DNA from: an uncultured Candidatus Saccharibacteria bacterium
Lineage (GTDB): Bacteria; Patescibacteriota; Saccharimonadia; Saccharimonadales; AWTP1-31
Assembly (NCBI GenBank): GCA_964409615.1
Contig: CAYPDT010000003.1
Coordinates: 24,576 to 88,575 of the forward strand
Reading direction: 5' to 3'
Length of the DNA: 64,000 bases
The notes below the pieces were generated by a model that was not told the DNA's origin, ran no database searches, and was given only the letters and a program-made list of their open reading frames with translations. The translations under genes were made by a program, and so were the position numbers. Below are positions 39,063 to 48,236 of the stretch, piece by piece. Position 1 is the stretch's first letter, and every line of letters starts with the position of its first letter.

Positions 39063-40280
39063 TTAAATTCTCGAAAGGACAACTAGTTCACGGGCGACCA
39101 CTTGGCCTTCGCGGTGGTAGATTATATCCTCCTGCCGAGCGTGAACAAATTCTATACGATTATACCCAAGTTCATCGAGAATATCAAGTGTTTTAAGGTG
39201 TTTGAACCCCTGTGGGGTTTTCCAGGCAGGTACCGCGATGCACATCTTGAACCCTGGGGGAGTTTGACGAGCGACATTTTGTAAAAATTTCTTGTGAATG
39301 TGGTTTACATCTTGCATTACTTCTTGCAGAGTAGAAGCTTCGGGTTGCGAGGAGAACGGTCGGCCAAGATAGGTCTCGCAGGCGATAACATCAAAGGGTT
39401 CCCAACTAAACTTAGTAGCATCACCTTGTGACAAGTTGTAGTTAGGGAAGCCGTCATCTAGTCTTTCGACAAGCCACGCCATATTATCCTTAGAATATTC
39501 AATCATACGAGTTTCAAGATCAGTACCGTAGGCTTCGTACCCCATCAAGAGCGCTTCTTGTAGAATTACTCCAGTTCCACAGAAGGGGTCGAGAAGTTTT
39601 GTGATACGACCTGCCTTAGAATGATCAATTTGCTCGGGAGTCGGTTTTTTCCCATCAACAAGATGGCTGCCGGCTAAGTTGATAATAATCTGTGCAAGTT
39701 TTGGTGGCAGCATACCCACTTTTGAATCGCGCTTCGGGCGACCTTGGTCGCGGGCAGCGTAGGCATCGATATCTTGTTCGGCAACTGTCTGGGCCAGGAT
39801 TGCGCTATGACCATGACGAACTACGACCAGTTCTATGCCAAGAGGGGAGGTCAGCTGATTGTATAACACCTGTGCGCTGTTCAAGGCCTTTTCGTTGTTT
39901 GGGACGACACGTACCGAACGACCACAGGATTTGACGATTTTTTTAAGTCGCAGAGCACTTCGACTCACTGCTGCTCCATCTACATCGATTTCGTAGGCAC
40001 TTATGCCGAACTTAATTTTACCCTCGGGCATAGTAGCTACCAGACGAGGCAGTTCTTTTTCGATGTGATTAACAATTTTAGGCCATTGAGCAGCAGGTAT
40101 TGTTGCTATAACTTTCGCTAATTTCATGCTGCCGCCAAGCGTGAACCGTACTTCTGATGTTGGGACATCTAGTAAGACTGCCTGGAGTCCGACTGGCGTT
40201 AGGGCGTCTGCACCAAAGCGGCTTTCAAGTTCTGCTAGGCCAAGTGCCGGCTGTCTCCCGAGAATTAAGAGTGATTGCAT
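39063..40280 (-). CDS. Class I SAM-dependent methyltransferase, Trm11/Trm-G10-like (putative RNA m2G methylase) with an N-terminal THUMP-like region
   Basis: RPKRDSKVGMLPPKLAQIIINLA and LLDPFCGTGVILQEALLMGYEAYGTDLE are present. Motif IV reads IACETYLGRPF instead of DPPYG. The start is at ATG 40280 (MQSLLILGRQP). Confidence 0.7.
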   Translation of the reverse strand: MQSLLILGRQPALGLAELESRFGADALTPVGLQAVLLDVPTSEVRFTLGGSMKLAKVIATIPAAQWPKIVNHIEKELPRLVATMPEGKIKFGISAYEIDVDGAAVSRSALRLKKIVKSCGRSVRVVPNNEKALNSAQVLYNQLTSPLGIELVVVRHGHSAILAQTVAEQDIDAYAARDQGRPKRDSKVGMLPPKLAQIIINLAGSHLVDGKKPTPEQIDHSKAGRITKLLDPFCGTGVILQEALLMGYEAYGTDLETRMIEYSKDNMAWLVERLDDGFPNYNLSQGDATKFSWEPFDVIACETYLGRPFSSQPEASTLQEVMQDVNHIHKKFLQNVARQTPPGFKMCIAVPAWKTPQGFKHLKTLDILDELGYNRIEFVHARQEDIIYHREGQVVARELVVLSRI

Positions 40281-40312
40281 ACAGGCTATTATATAGGTAA
40301 CTGCCGTAAGAT

Positions 40313-40330
40313 CACCAAAAACACCAAAAA
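40313..40330. repeat. Tandem 9-mer CACCAAAAA x2 in a divergent intergenic region
   Basis: Read directly. The same 9-mer or 8-mer recurs at 37433-37441 and 56861-56869, immediately upstream of start codons. Confidence 0.6.
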
Positions 40331-40349
40331 TGGTACTATAAGAGAATAT

Positions 40350-41381
40350 ATGAGTCAGCAATCAAAAGCCCAATGGAAGATAATATTAAACATCGCCACA
40401 TTTACGGGCTTACTTGTGCTTATCTTCGCTATACGAGGCCAAATTGCAGAAAGTTTTCGTACTATCGGGCACATCAGATGGTGGTGGTTGTTGCTATTAC
40501 CGGTCTGGCAGTTGCTGAATTACGATGCTTATGCCAGACAGAATAGGGACTTATTTGCAATCCTTGGTAAAAAGATAAGTTACAAGTTTTTAATAAAGGT
40601 AAATTTAGAGCTCAACTTTGTTAATCACGTATTCCCTAGTGGAGGGGTGTCGGGCTTTTCGTACTTCAGCTTACGTTTAAAAGATAAGAACATTAGCGGG
40701 GCGCAAGCATCACTAGTGCAGTTGTTGCGATTTGTACTTGTCTATATAGCATTTATGGCGCTGTTAATTATGGCGCTAATTATGCTGAGTTTTAGCGGGC
40801 ATGTTAATCGCTTTGTACTGTTGGCCGGTGGCTCCATCTCTACACTTATCGTAATGGCCACGTTGATGATGGCTTTTGTTATTGGTAGCCAACGTCGGAT
40901 TAATGCTTTCTTTGGGTTTATTACCAAAACGCTCAATCGTCTTATTCATATTGTTCGGCCAAAGCATCCCGAGACTATTAATGTGCAGCGCGCAAAAGAT
41001 GCATTTGAAGATTTGCACCAAAATTACGCAATCATCAAAAACGATTACAAAGTACTCAAATGGCCTCTAATATGGTCTTTGGTAGCCAACGTCACAGAAA
41101 TTCTCACTGTCTATACAGTCTACTTGGCTTTTGACCACATCGTTAACCCTGGGGCAATCATTCTGGCTTATGCACTAGCAAATATGGCGGGATTCCTATC
41201 CGTATTACCAAGTGGGGTGGGCGTTTATGAAGCACTCATGACGGCCGTTTTAGCTATAGGTGGAGTATCGCCAGCAATTAGCATTCCGGTTACCGTGATG
41301 TACCGTGTGCTTAGTATGATAATTCAGCTGGTACCTGGGTATTACTTCTATCAGCGACGCATGCGACAATCCAAGTCATGA
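40350..41381 (+). CDS. Polytopic membrane protein, UPF0104 / MprF-flippase-like family (tentative)
   Basis: The protein has about 8 TM helices and an N-terminal pattern (...IFAIRGQIAESFRTIGHIRWWWLLLLPVWQLLNY) typical of lysylphosphatidylglycerol-synthase-TM-region proteins. The start is at ATG 40350. Confidence 0.55.
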   Translation: MSQQSKAQWKIILNIATFTGLLVLIFAIRGQIAESFRTIGHIRWWWLLLLPVWQLLNYDAYARQNRDLFAILGKKISYKFLIKVNLELNFVNHVFPSGGVSGFSYFSLRLKDKNISGAQASLVQLLRFVLVYIAFMALLIMALIMLSFSGHVNRFVLLAGGSISTLIVMATLMMAFVIGSQRRINAFFGFITKTLNRLIHIVRPKHPETINVQRAKDAFEDLHQNYAIIKNDYKVLKWPLIWSLVANVTEILTVYTVYLAFDHIVNPGAIILAYALANMAGFLSVLPSGVGVYEALMTAVLAIGGVSPAISIPVTVMYRVLSMIIQLVPGYYFYQRRMRQSKS

Positions 41382-42490
41382 ACAACGAAGTTATTTTTTC
41401 TGTTAGTGACTTTGTTGCTGTTTTCAACCAGACAATTGAATATGTTTATCCGACTGTATCAATAGTCGGTGAACTTAGTAATTTTAAAATCAGCAAGGGC
41501 AAATGGATATACTTTGACTTAAAAGATGAACAGTCGAGCGTTCGTTTTTTTGGTACTACCTATGCACTACCGGGCCCACTCGAAGACGGCATGGTCGTAC
41601 AGGTAACAGGTACGCCACGACTACATAATACTTTTGGCTTTTCTGTAAACGTAAAAACTATCCGTCCTATTGGGGAAGGAGCTTTGAAGCGTGCAGCCGA
41701 CTTACTTCGCGCCAAACTTCGAGCAGAGGGTCTTTTCGCTGCAGAGCGTAAGCAGGCTTTGCCGTACCCACCACAAAGAATTGGATTGGTGGCTTCGGGG
41801 GAGTCTGCGGCCTATGCCGATTTTTTGAAAATTTTGAATGCTCGCTGGGGAGGCATTGAGATACTGCACGCAGAATCACAAGTGCAAGGCGAAGCGGCAG
41901 TGGGGCAAATTGTGGCAGCGCTAGACATGCTGAATGCCATGGGCAACCTTGACGTTATTGTGATTACTCGAGGAGGTGGTAGTGCAGATGACCTAGCAGC
42001 ATTTAGCACGGAGCAGGTAGTACGGACAATCGCAGCTAGTCGAGTACCAACTCTTGTTGCCATTGGGCATGAGATTGATGAAAGCCTATCTGAACTTGTT
42101 GCCGACATGCGAGCAAGTACTCCAAGTAATGCTGCTGAGTTATTAACACCTGATCGGACGGCTGTACTATTACAAAGCCAGCGTGATTTACAGATGGCCC
42201 GAACACATATACTGCACACAATTAGCCAACAAAAAAGTAATCAGCAGGAAGTTATCAAAAGCCTGAGTACTTCGTTGACCGCTACTTTTCAGGAGCTTTA
42301 CCAGGAAATTAATCAAGCTCAGACACAACTTAATGCCTACGACCCACGGAGAATCCTACGTAATGGCTATGCTGCACTTCGTAAAGGTAATCATACCATC
42401 ACCTCTATTAAGCAATTACATGTAGGTGAGCAGGTAGACCTCCGGCTGGGCGACGGCTCGGTCTCGGCAACTGTAAACAAGGTATACTAG
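41378..42490 (+). CDS. xseA: Exodeoxyribonuclease VII large subunit
   Basis: An N-terminal OB domain (SVSDFVAVFNQTIE...VSIVGELSNFK), ITRGGGSADDLAAF and VAIGHEIDESL are present. Confidence 0.9.
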   Translation: MNNEVIFSVSDFVAVFNQTIEYVYPTVSIVGELSNFKISKGKWIYFDLKDEQSSVRFFGTTYALPGPLEDGMVVQVTGTPRLHNTFGFSVNVKTIRPIGEGALKRAADLLRAKLRAEGLFAAERKQALPYPPQRIGLVASGESAAYADFLKILNARWGGIEILHAESQVQGEAAVGQIVAALDMLNAMGNLDVIVITRGGGSADDLAAFSTEQVVRTIAASRVPTLVAIGHEIDESLSELVADMRASTPSNAAELLTPDRTAVLLQSQRDLQMARTHILHTISQQKSNQQEVIKSLSTSLTATFQELYQEINQAQTQLNAYDPRRILRNGYAALRKGNHTITSIKQLHVGEQVDLRLGDGSVSATVNKVY

Positions 42491-42494
42491 AGCT

Positions 42495-42680
42495 ATGGCC
42501 ACCAAAAAATACATAGACATACAAGCAGAGCTAACTGATATCTTGCAGTGGTTCGAAAAAGATAACCTAGATATAGATGAAGCAATAGCTAAATACGAAG
42601 AAGCCATAAAACTTACTAAACAGCTTGAGTCTTACCTCAAGCAGGCCGAGAACAAAGTAAAGAAAATACAAGCCTCATAG
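42495..42680 (+). CDS. xseB: Exodeoxyribonuclease VII small subunit
   Basis: This 61-aa helical protein (LDIDEAIAKYEEAIKLTKQLESYL) lies directly after xseA. Confidence 0.85.
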   Translation: MATKKYIDIQAELTDILQWFEKDNLDIDEAIAKYEEAIKLTKQLESYLKQAENKVKKIQAS

Positions 42681-42720
42681 CCGTTGGCTCAAAGTATAAT
42701 CTTGTGCTACCATTAGCGTT

Positions 42721-43383
42721 ATGAAGAAGTTAAATCAACAGGGTTCAGTCGACTCGTGGCTTGTTGCCTTTGTTTTAACCTTAGTACTACTTCTCGGGTC
42801 ACTCGGTTTTGGGTTTGCTATGTTCTCGTCGCGTCAGGATTATAAGAACAATGTTGACCAGAAGATTTCTGATGCCGTTGGATCTGCACAAGAGACTCTG
42901 ACGCAAAAAAAGGAAGCAGAGTTTTTAGAGCGTGAAAAACAGCCACTTCGAACGTACACCGGACCTGCTGCATACGGAAGTCTAGCCATAAGTTACCCGA
43001 AAACCTGGGCTGCGTATATTGACGAGTCGGGCAAGTCGAGTAGCCCTGTTGATGGTTATCTAAACCCGGCTTTTGTACCTGGTTTGCAAGACAATCCAAT
43101 TGTGGCATTGCGATTTCAGGTAATCGACACTGCCTATGCACAGGCTATAAAGAATCTTGAACCACAGGTAAAGCTCGGAAAGATTAAGACTGTTCCATTT
43201 GTGGCTGCTAAGGTACCAAGCATTACTGGTGTACGTGTTGACGGTGAAGTTGCAGTAAAGAAAACTGGTGCAATGATAATCTTACCGTTGCGCGACAAGA
43301 CGCTTAAGATATGGACAGAGTCACCACAGTTTGTTCCAGACTTTAACGACATTATTCTAACTAATCTTACGTTCGTCCCTTAG
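42721..43383 (+). CDS. Membrane-anchored hypothetical protein
   Basis: A single N-terminal TM helix (WLVAFVLTLVLLLGSLGFGFAMF) precedes a 170-aa extracytoplasmic domain. I recognise no motif. Confidence 0.6.
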   Translation: MKKLNQQGSVDSWLVAFVLTLVLLLGSLGFGFAMFSSRQDYKNNVDQKISDAVGSAQETLTQKKEAEFLEREKQPLRTYTGPAAYGSLAISYPKTWAAYIDESGKSSSPVDGYLNPAFVPGLQDNPIVALRFQVIDTAYAQAIKNLEPQVKLGKIKTVPFVAAKVPSITGVRVDGEVAVKKTGAMIILPLRDKTLKIWTESPQFVPDFNDIILTNLTFVP

Positions 43384-43463
43384 TGAGGCGTGGTTAAAAC
43401 TAAAACACGCGTATCCTGATCGCTAGGGTATACTACGGATAGCTAAGTGAGGGTATTGCTGGC

Positions 43464-44192
43464 ATGGTGTTGCGAGATGATCAAAAAAGTTATACAGATA
43501 ATGAAGAGGCTCGACTCTTTTCAGTGCTGGCACAAAGCCTTCAGCAGCCGTTTATGACCATTGCTCGCACGGCAGAATTGCTTTCAAACCAGCCAGACAG
43601 TGCGTTGGCTGAGAACATCCAACATACTGCCGACTCGGCTGTTGCACTACTTGATCATTACTTGTTGGGGATACGCCTACAACAGGCAGATTCGGAGATG
43701 TTCTTAGTGCCGGTTTCTCTAGCGGCAAGTTTGTCTGATGTAGCTCATCAGCTTGAACATGCAGCCAAGCGTTACGACTGTGATGTAGAATTACATCTCG
43801 CCGGTAAGTACGGGCCGATTATGGCTCATGGTGGAGGTTTAACTGCCGCATTGCTTGATGTGGGGACTGCTTTTCTTGAGAGTCAGGGGCAGAGAACACA
43901 CACTAAAAGACCTGTTATAAAATTAGCAGCCCACCGAACGCGTCATGGTATCGTGGCGGGTGCTTTCACTGATATTGATGGCTTGAGCGTTGACATGTTT
44001 CGTCGTGCCAAGACGCTGTACGGCCAGTCGAATGCTCCCATATCTCAATTAACTGCTATGCCTGGTGCTGGCCTGTTCGTGGCTGACTCTTTGCTAAGAA
44101 GCATGTCTGGAGGTTTACGAGTGGCACATCATCAAAGAATGACTGGACTAGCTGCCACCTTTGCTCCCAGTCAGCAATTATCATTAGTGTAA
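43464..44192 (+). CDS. Soluble histidine-kinase-like protein (DHp plus CA-like fold) lacking the phospho-accepting His and the N-box Asn
   Basis: The H-box region FSVLAQSLQQPFMTIARTAELL aligns to F..a.SHELRTPLtsI.gyaELL with Gln in place of His. The G2-like element is MPGAGLFVADSLLRSMSGGLRV. No NxxxNA box is visible. Confidence 0.6.
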   Translation: MVLRDDQKSYTDNEEARLFSVLAQSLQQPFMTIARTAELLSNQPDSALAENIQHTADSAVALLDHYLLGIRLQQADSEMFLVPVSLAASLSDVAHQLEHAAKRYDCDVELHLAGKYGPIMAHGGGLTAALLDVGTAFLESQGQRTHTKRPVIKLAAHRTRHGIVAGAFTDIDGLSVDMFRRAKTLYGQSNAPISQLTAMPGAGLFVADSLLRSMSGGLRVAHHQRMTGLAATFAPSQQLSLV

Positions 44193-44566
44193 TGGCGCGC
44201 ATCCTGCTTATCGAACCTGATTACGCACTGAGTGAACTGTATCGAGTGCATCTCGAAAGTGAAGGGTATGAAGTACTGCAAAGAAAAACTGCCGAAAGTG
44301 CTGTTATGGCACTCGATGAACAGTCTGTTCAGCTAGTAATCTTAGAGCTCCAGTTGGCAGTTCATAACGGAGTTGAATTTTTGTATGAAATTCGGTCTTA
44401 TCCAGAATGGCAGGGTTTACCGGTACTGCTGCATACTAATGTACGTAAAAATGCGCTGCCACAAGACGCACTGCAACGCTTAGGCATTACAAAATATATG
44501 TACAAACCGACATCAAATCTACAAGACTTGTCTAAGGCAATTAAAAAGATATTGTCAGCGTCATGA
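44192..44566 (+). CDS. Receiver-domain protein with Glu at the phospho-acceptor position (pseudo-receiver)
   Basis: ILLIEPD replaces the DD pair. QLVILELQLA replaces DlvllDl.mP, giving D to E at the acceptor. Thr (LLHTN) and Lys (YMYKP) are retained. The start overlaps the upstream stop by 1 nt. Confidence 0.7.
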   Translation: MARILLIEPDYALSELYRVHLESEGYEVLQRKTAESAVMALDEQSVQLVILELQLAVHNGVEFLYEIRSYPEWQGLPVLLHTNVRKNALPQDALQRLGITKYMYKPTSNLQDLSKAIKKILSAS

Positions 44567-45252
44567 AGCAGCAGGTGACCACTGGTATTGTTTTGTCGCG
44601 TACTAATTATGGTGAAGCCGATAGGATACTGACTGTTTTGTCGAACAGCCAAGGCAAAATTAAATTATTAGCTAAGGGTGTTCGAAAAATAAAAAGCAGG
44701 CTTGCAGGGGGTATCGAGCTTTTTAGTGTGAACGACTTGACATATATAGAAGGTCGAAGTGAGCTACACACCCTTATTTCTTCACGCTTACAGAAAAATT
44801 ATGGTGACATTGTTAAAGACGTAAATCGTACAATGTATGCTTATGAGGTGCTTAAGTTGATGCATAAAATGACCGAAGAATCGCCGGAGCCAGAATACTT
44901 TGACGTACTACAACTAACGCTAGCTACTATTAATGATGCCGCCGTAGACCTTGACTATATTAGGCTCTGGTTAGCGCTCAGATTACTAGAGCTTAGTGGT
45001 CACTCGCCAAATTTTATAACTGACGAAACGGGCGCACCATTGAAAATAGAGGAGCAGTACAATTTTAGTTTTGATGACATGTGTTTTACAGTTGGGCGTA
45101 ACGGTGGCTTCGATAGTCATCACATTAAAATATTGCGGCTCGCTCAAGGCATGGCGCCGGCAAAACTCGTCCAGATAACGGATATAAATCAACATATTGC
45201 ACCACTTGTTCAATTGACCCGCACGATGCTCAAACAGTATGCCAGAAGTTAG
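44563..45252 (+). CDS. recO: DNA repair protein RecO
   Basis: TTGIVLSRTNYGEADRILTVLSNSQGKIKLLAKGVRKIKSRLAGGIELFS identifies RecO. The ATGA overlaps the upstream stop. Confidence 0.85.
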   Translation: MKQQVTTGIVLSRTNYGEADRILTVLSNSQGKIKLLAKGVRKIKSRLAGGIELFSVNDLTYIEGRSELHTLISSRLQKNYGDIVKDVNRTMYAYEVLKLMHKMTEESPEPEYFDVLQLTLATINDAAVDLDYIRLWLALRLLELSGHSPNFITDETGAPLKIEEQYNFSFDDMCFTVGRNGGFDSHHIKILRLAQGMAPAKLVQITDINQHIAPLVQLTRTMLKQYARS

Positions 45253-45302
45253 CCCATAGCCAAGCGTCTTATATCTGATAACATCTGGTATAATATGCAC
45301 AA

Positions 45303-46646
45303 ATGAGTAATACAAAATTAGAAGATATTGTTAGTTTGTGTAAGCGGCGCGGTTTTATGTATCAAGGTAGTGATATATACGGTGGCCTGGCTGGTACTTG
45401 GGACTACGGTCCGCTGGGTGTTCAGCTGAAGCGCAATATTGTAAATGCATGGTGGGATTTTTTCGTAGATAGTCGTGACGATGTTTACGGCATTGATGCG
45501 GCTATTTTAATGAATCAAAAAGTCTGGCAGGCCAGTGGCCACGTCGATGGCTTCAACGATCCACTCGTCGAAGACACTAAGACCAAAAAACGGTACCGTG
45601 CAGATAATCTACTTGAAGACTTGGGTATTGAAGGTGTCGCGTCAATGTCTATTGAGCAGATGGACGCAGTGATTAAAGAGCAGGGCATCAAAAGCCCCGA
45701 TGGAAATCCGCTGAGTGAGATTCGCCAATTTAACATGATGTTTAAGACTGCTATTGGTGTCACGGAAGACGAGAACGCCGTAAGTTATCTGCGGCCAGAA
45801 ACTGCACAAGGTATGTTTGTTAACTTCAAGAATGTTGTCGACAGCTTTAGTCCAAATATTCCTTTTGCATTAGCGCAAGTGGGCAAGGCCTTCCGAAACG
45901 AGATTAGCCCCCGTGATTTTATTTTCCGAGTTCGTGAATTGGAGCAAATGGAAATAGAGCTTTTTATTCACCCTGATAGTTGGAAAGAGCAATTCGAGAA
46001 ATGGCTCCAGCTGCAGCAGGATTTTTATGTAAGCTTAGGGTTACCTGTTGATAAAATTCACAAGGTAGAAGTTCCAGCTGAAGACAGAGCGCATTACAGT
46101 AAGCATTCTATTGATACTGAATTTGATTTTGCTATTGGCCAGAAAGAACTTGGTGGCTGTGCATATCGCACTAATCATGATCTTTCGGCACATGCCAAAA
46201 TGTCTGGCAAAAATCTAAAGTATATTCCAAAAGATGGTAGCGAAGCTTATATCCCACATGTGATTGAGCCAACATTCGGGCTCGACCGCCTAGTGCTCGC
46301 AGTGATAGATAGTTCGTATTCAGAGGACGAGCAGAACGGTGAAATCCGCACGGTGTTGAAGTTACCGGAGCATCTTGCGCCTGTTAAGATGGCGGTTTCA
46401 CCGCTGTTAAAGAATAAGCCAGAGCTTGTTGAAAAGGCGCGAGAAGTATACGCAGCTATGAAGAAAAAATATGGCTCAGTACTTTGGGATGATAATGGGA
46501 ACATCGGTAAACGTTATCGCCGGCAAGACGAAATTGGTACACCAAAATGTGTAACTATTGATTTTCAGACACTTGAAGATGGTACGGTTACTGTGCGCGA
46601 CCGCGATACAACGGCGCAAACTAGAGTTGCAATAGAGGAGCTGTAA
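45303..46646 (+). CDS. glyQS: Glycyl-tRNA synthetase (alpha2 dimeric type)
   Basis: IVSLCKRRGFMYQGSDIYGGLAGTWDYGPLG, FRNEISPR and an anticodon-binding tail are present. Confidence 0.95.
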   Translation: MSNTKLEDIVSLCKRRGFMYQGSDIYGGLAGTWDYGPLGVQLKRNIVNAWWDFFVDSRDDVYGIDAAILMNQKVWQASGHVDGFNDPLVEDTKTKKRYRADNLLEDLGIEGVASMSIEQMDAVIKEQGIKSPDGNPLSEIRQFNMMFKTAIGVTEDENAVSYLRPETAQGMFVNFKNVVDSFSPNIPFALAQVGKAFRNEISPRDFIFRVRELEQMEIELFIHPDSWKEQFEKWLQLQQDFYVSLGLPVDKIHKVEVPAEDRAHYSKHSIDTEFDFAIGQKELGGCAYRTNHDLSAHAKMSGKNLKYIPKDGSEAYIPHVIEPTFGLDRLVLAVIDSSYSEDEQNGEIRTVLKLPEHLAPVKMAVSPLLKNKPELVEKAREVYAAMKKKYGSVLWDDNGNIGKRYRRQDEIGTPKCVTIDFQTLEDGTVTVRDRDTTAQTRVAIEEL

Positions 46647-47020
46647 TGGGCTCGATGGTGGAACTTAATGACACGTTGCGGATTACAAAAGAGCAGGGGT
46701 TTCCTGTAAAACTAGATATTGTAAAACATCTTAAAACGCCCTATTCACTAAGCGATGTTGCTGACCAAATATTTACTTTTAGTGCTAAGCCTAAAATTAG
46801 AGTCTATCAGCAGCCACCTGTACGTAATTTTCTGGCCGAAGACCTCGATGGAAAATGGATTTACTGGGGACAGTGCCATATTTTAGAGATTCACCACGAC
46901 TATACTACTGGAATGACCAGCGGAAAGTATAAGATTATCCGACTTAATACTCCCGAAGAAATGCGACAAATGTTTGCACAGACTGACTCACGACCAGATT
47001 TCAACTACTTCGAAAATTAA
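46646..47020 (+). CDS. Hypothetical protein (124 aa), translationally coupled to glyQS
   Basis: A TAATG stop/start overlap links it to glyQS. I recognise no motif. Confidence 0.55.
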   Translation: MGSMVELNDTLRITKEQGFPVKLDIVKHLKTPYSLSDVADQIFTFSAKPKIRVYQQPPVRNFLAEDLDGKWIYWGQCHILEIHHDYTTGMTSGKYKIIRLNTPEEMRQMFAQTDSRPDFNYFEN

Positions 47021-47040
47021 AAAACTAATACAGGAAAATC

Positions 47041-48189
47041 ATGAAAAGTCCTAAGATGGGCAGGGATATACGGTTATTGTTTGTAGAGTCAGCACTCACA
47101 AGCTTCATATTGTTTATGCCCGTGGCCTACTTACTGTTTAAGAATCTTGGTATGAACCAATTTCAAATTGGTTTGACTCAGTTTGTTTTTGCAGCAACTC
47201 TTTTGTTGTTTGAGGTACCTACTGGTTATTTTGCAGACAGGGTCAGTAGGCGCATTAGTAACGCAAGTGGCGATATTTTTATTGCAGCAGCAGTATTAAT
47301 ATATTTTGTAGCTACAGGATTCTGGCATGCTGTTATTGCGGAGGTTTTATTCGGCATTGGTATGAGTCTGACTGGTGGAGCAGACAGTGCCTTACTTAAG
47401 GCGCATGCTGAAAAACAGAAACTATCTTACCTTAAGTTAGCTTCACGTATGCAGAGCATAAATTTTGTTGCCAACGGAATCGGGGCGATAGTCGGTGGTT
47501 TTATTGGAGCATACAACATCCGTTGGGTATTTTTAATTCAGGCAATAGTCTTTCTGTCTGCAGCGATACTTGCATTTCAGATAAAAAACGCAGGCACTAT
47601 GCGGAAAACAACTGTGCACCCGCTGAAAGATATAAGTAGCATCATTCGGTATTGCTTGCGTGGTCACCCAAAGTTGGCATGGAGGATGGTTTTAGGTGCC
47701 TGCTTGATGGGTTCTACTATGATGATGGTTTGGTTTATGACGCCATCTTTTCTTGCAGCAGGAATAGACATAAAGTTCCATGGATTACTTTTCGCAGCAA
47801 TTTCAATTATTGCAATCGGCGGCAGCGAACTGGTGGGCAATAATCGAAAGATACATCCTACGACACCTTTGCTCGTTGCGGCAGTGGCATACTTTACGCT
47901 TGGGTGGCAGATTAGTCTGGCAACAGTTTTAATTTTCCTACTAACAAGCTTTGCAAGGGGTATTAATACTGCACGGGTTAAACCGTATATTCAGGAAGTT
48001 GTACCAGACGACATACAGGCGACAGCGATTTCCGTATATGGCATGCTTTACAGAGTGGTCAGTAGCTGTCTGGTGCTAACAGTAAACTATATTGGAAACT
48101 TTAAGCTATCGTTCGGTCTTATTGCTTCGGGGCTAATTTGTATTGCTATGTGGTTAGTTTTTCGATTGAATCAAGCAAAGTATGTCTAG
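47041..48189 (+). CDS. MFS transporter
   Basis: The protein has about 12 TM helices and a GYFADRVSRR loop 2-3 motif. Confidence 0.8.
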   Translation: MKSPKMGRDIRLLFVESALTSFILFMPVAYLLFKNLGMNQFQIGLTQFVFAATLLLFEVPTGYFADRVSRRISNASGDIFIAAAVLIYFVATGFWHAVIAEVLFGIGMSLTGGADSALLKAHAEKQKLSYLKLASRMQSINFVANGIGAIVGGFIGAYNIRWVFLIQAIVFLSAAILAFQIKNAGTMRKTTVHPLKDISSIIRYCLRGHPKLAWRMVLGACLMGSTMMMVWFMTPSFLAAGIDIKFHGLLFAAISIIAIGGSELVGNNRKIHPTTPLLVAAVAYFTLGWQISLATVLIFLLTSFARGINTARVKPYIQEVVPDDIQATAISVYGMLYRVVSSCLVLTVNYIGNFKLSFGLIASGLICIAMWLVFRLNQAKYV

Positions 48190-48236
48190 CATAAGCAGGT
48201 TGCTTAAAACTCAAATACCCGTAAAATAGGCAGGGC

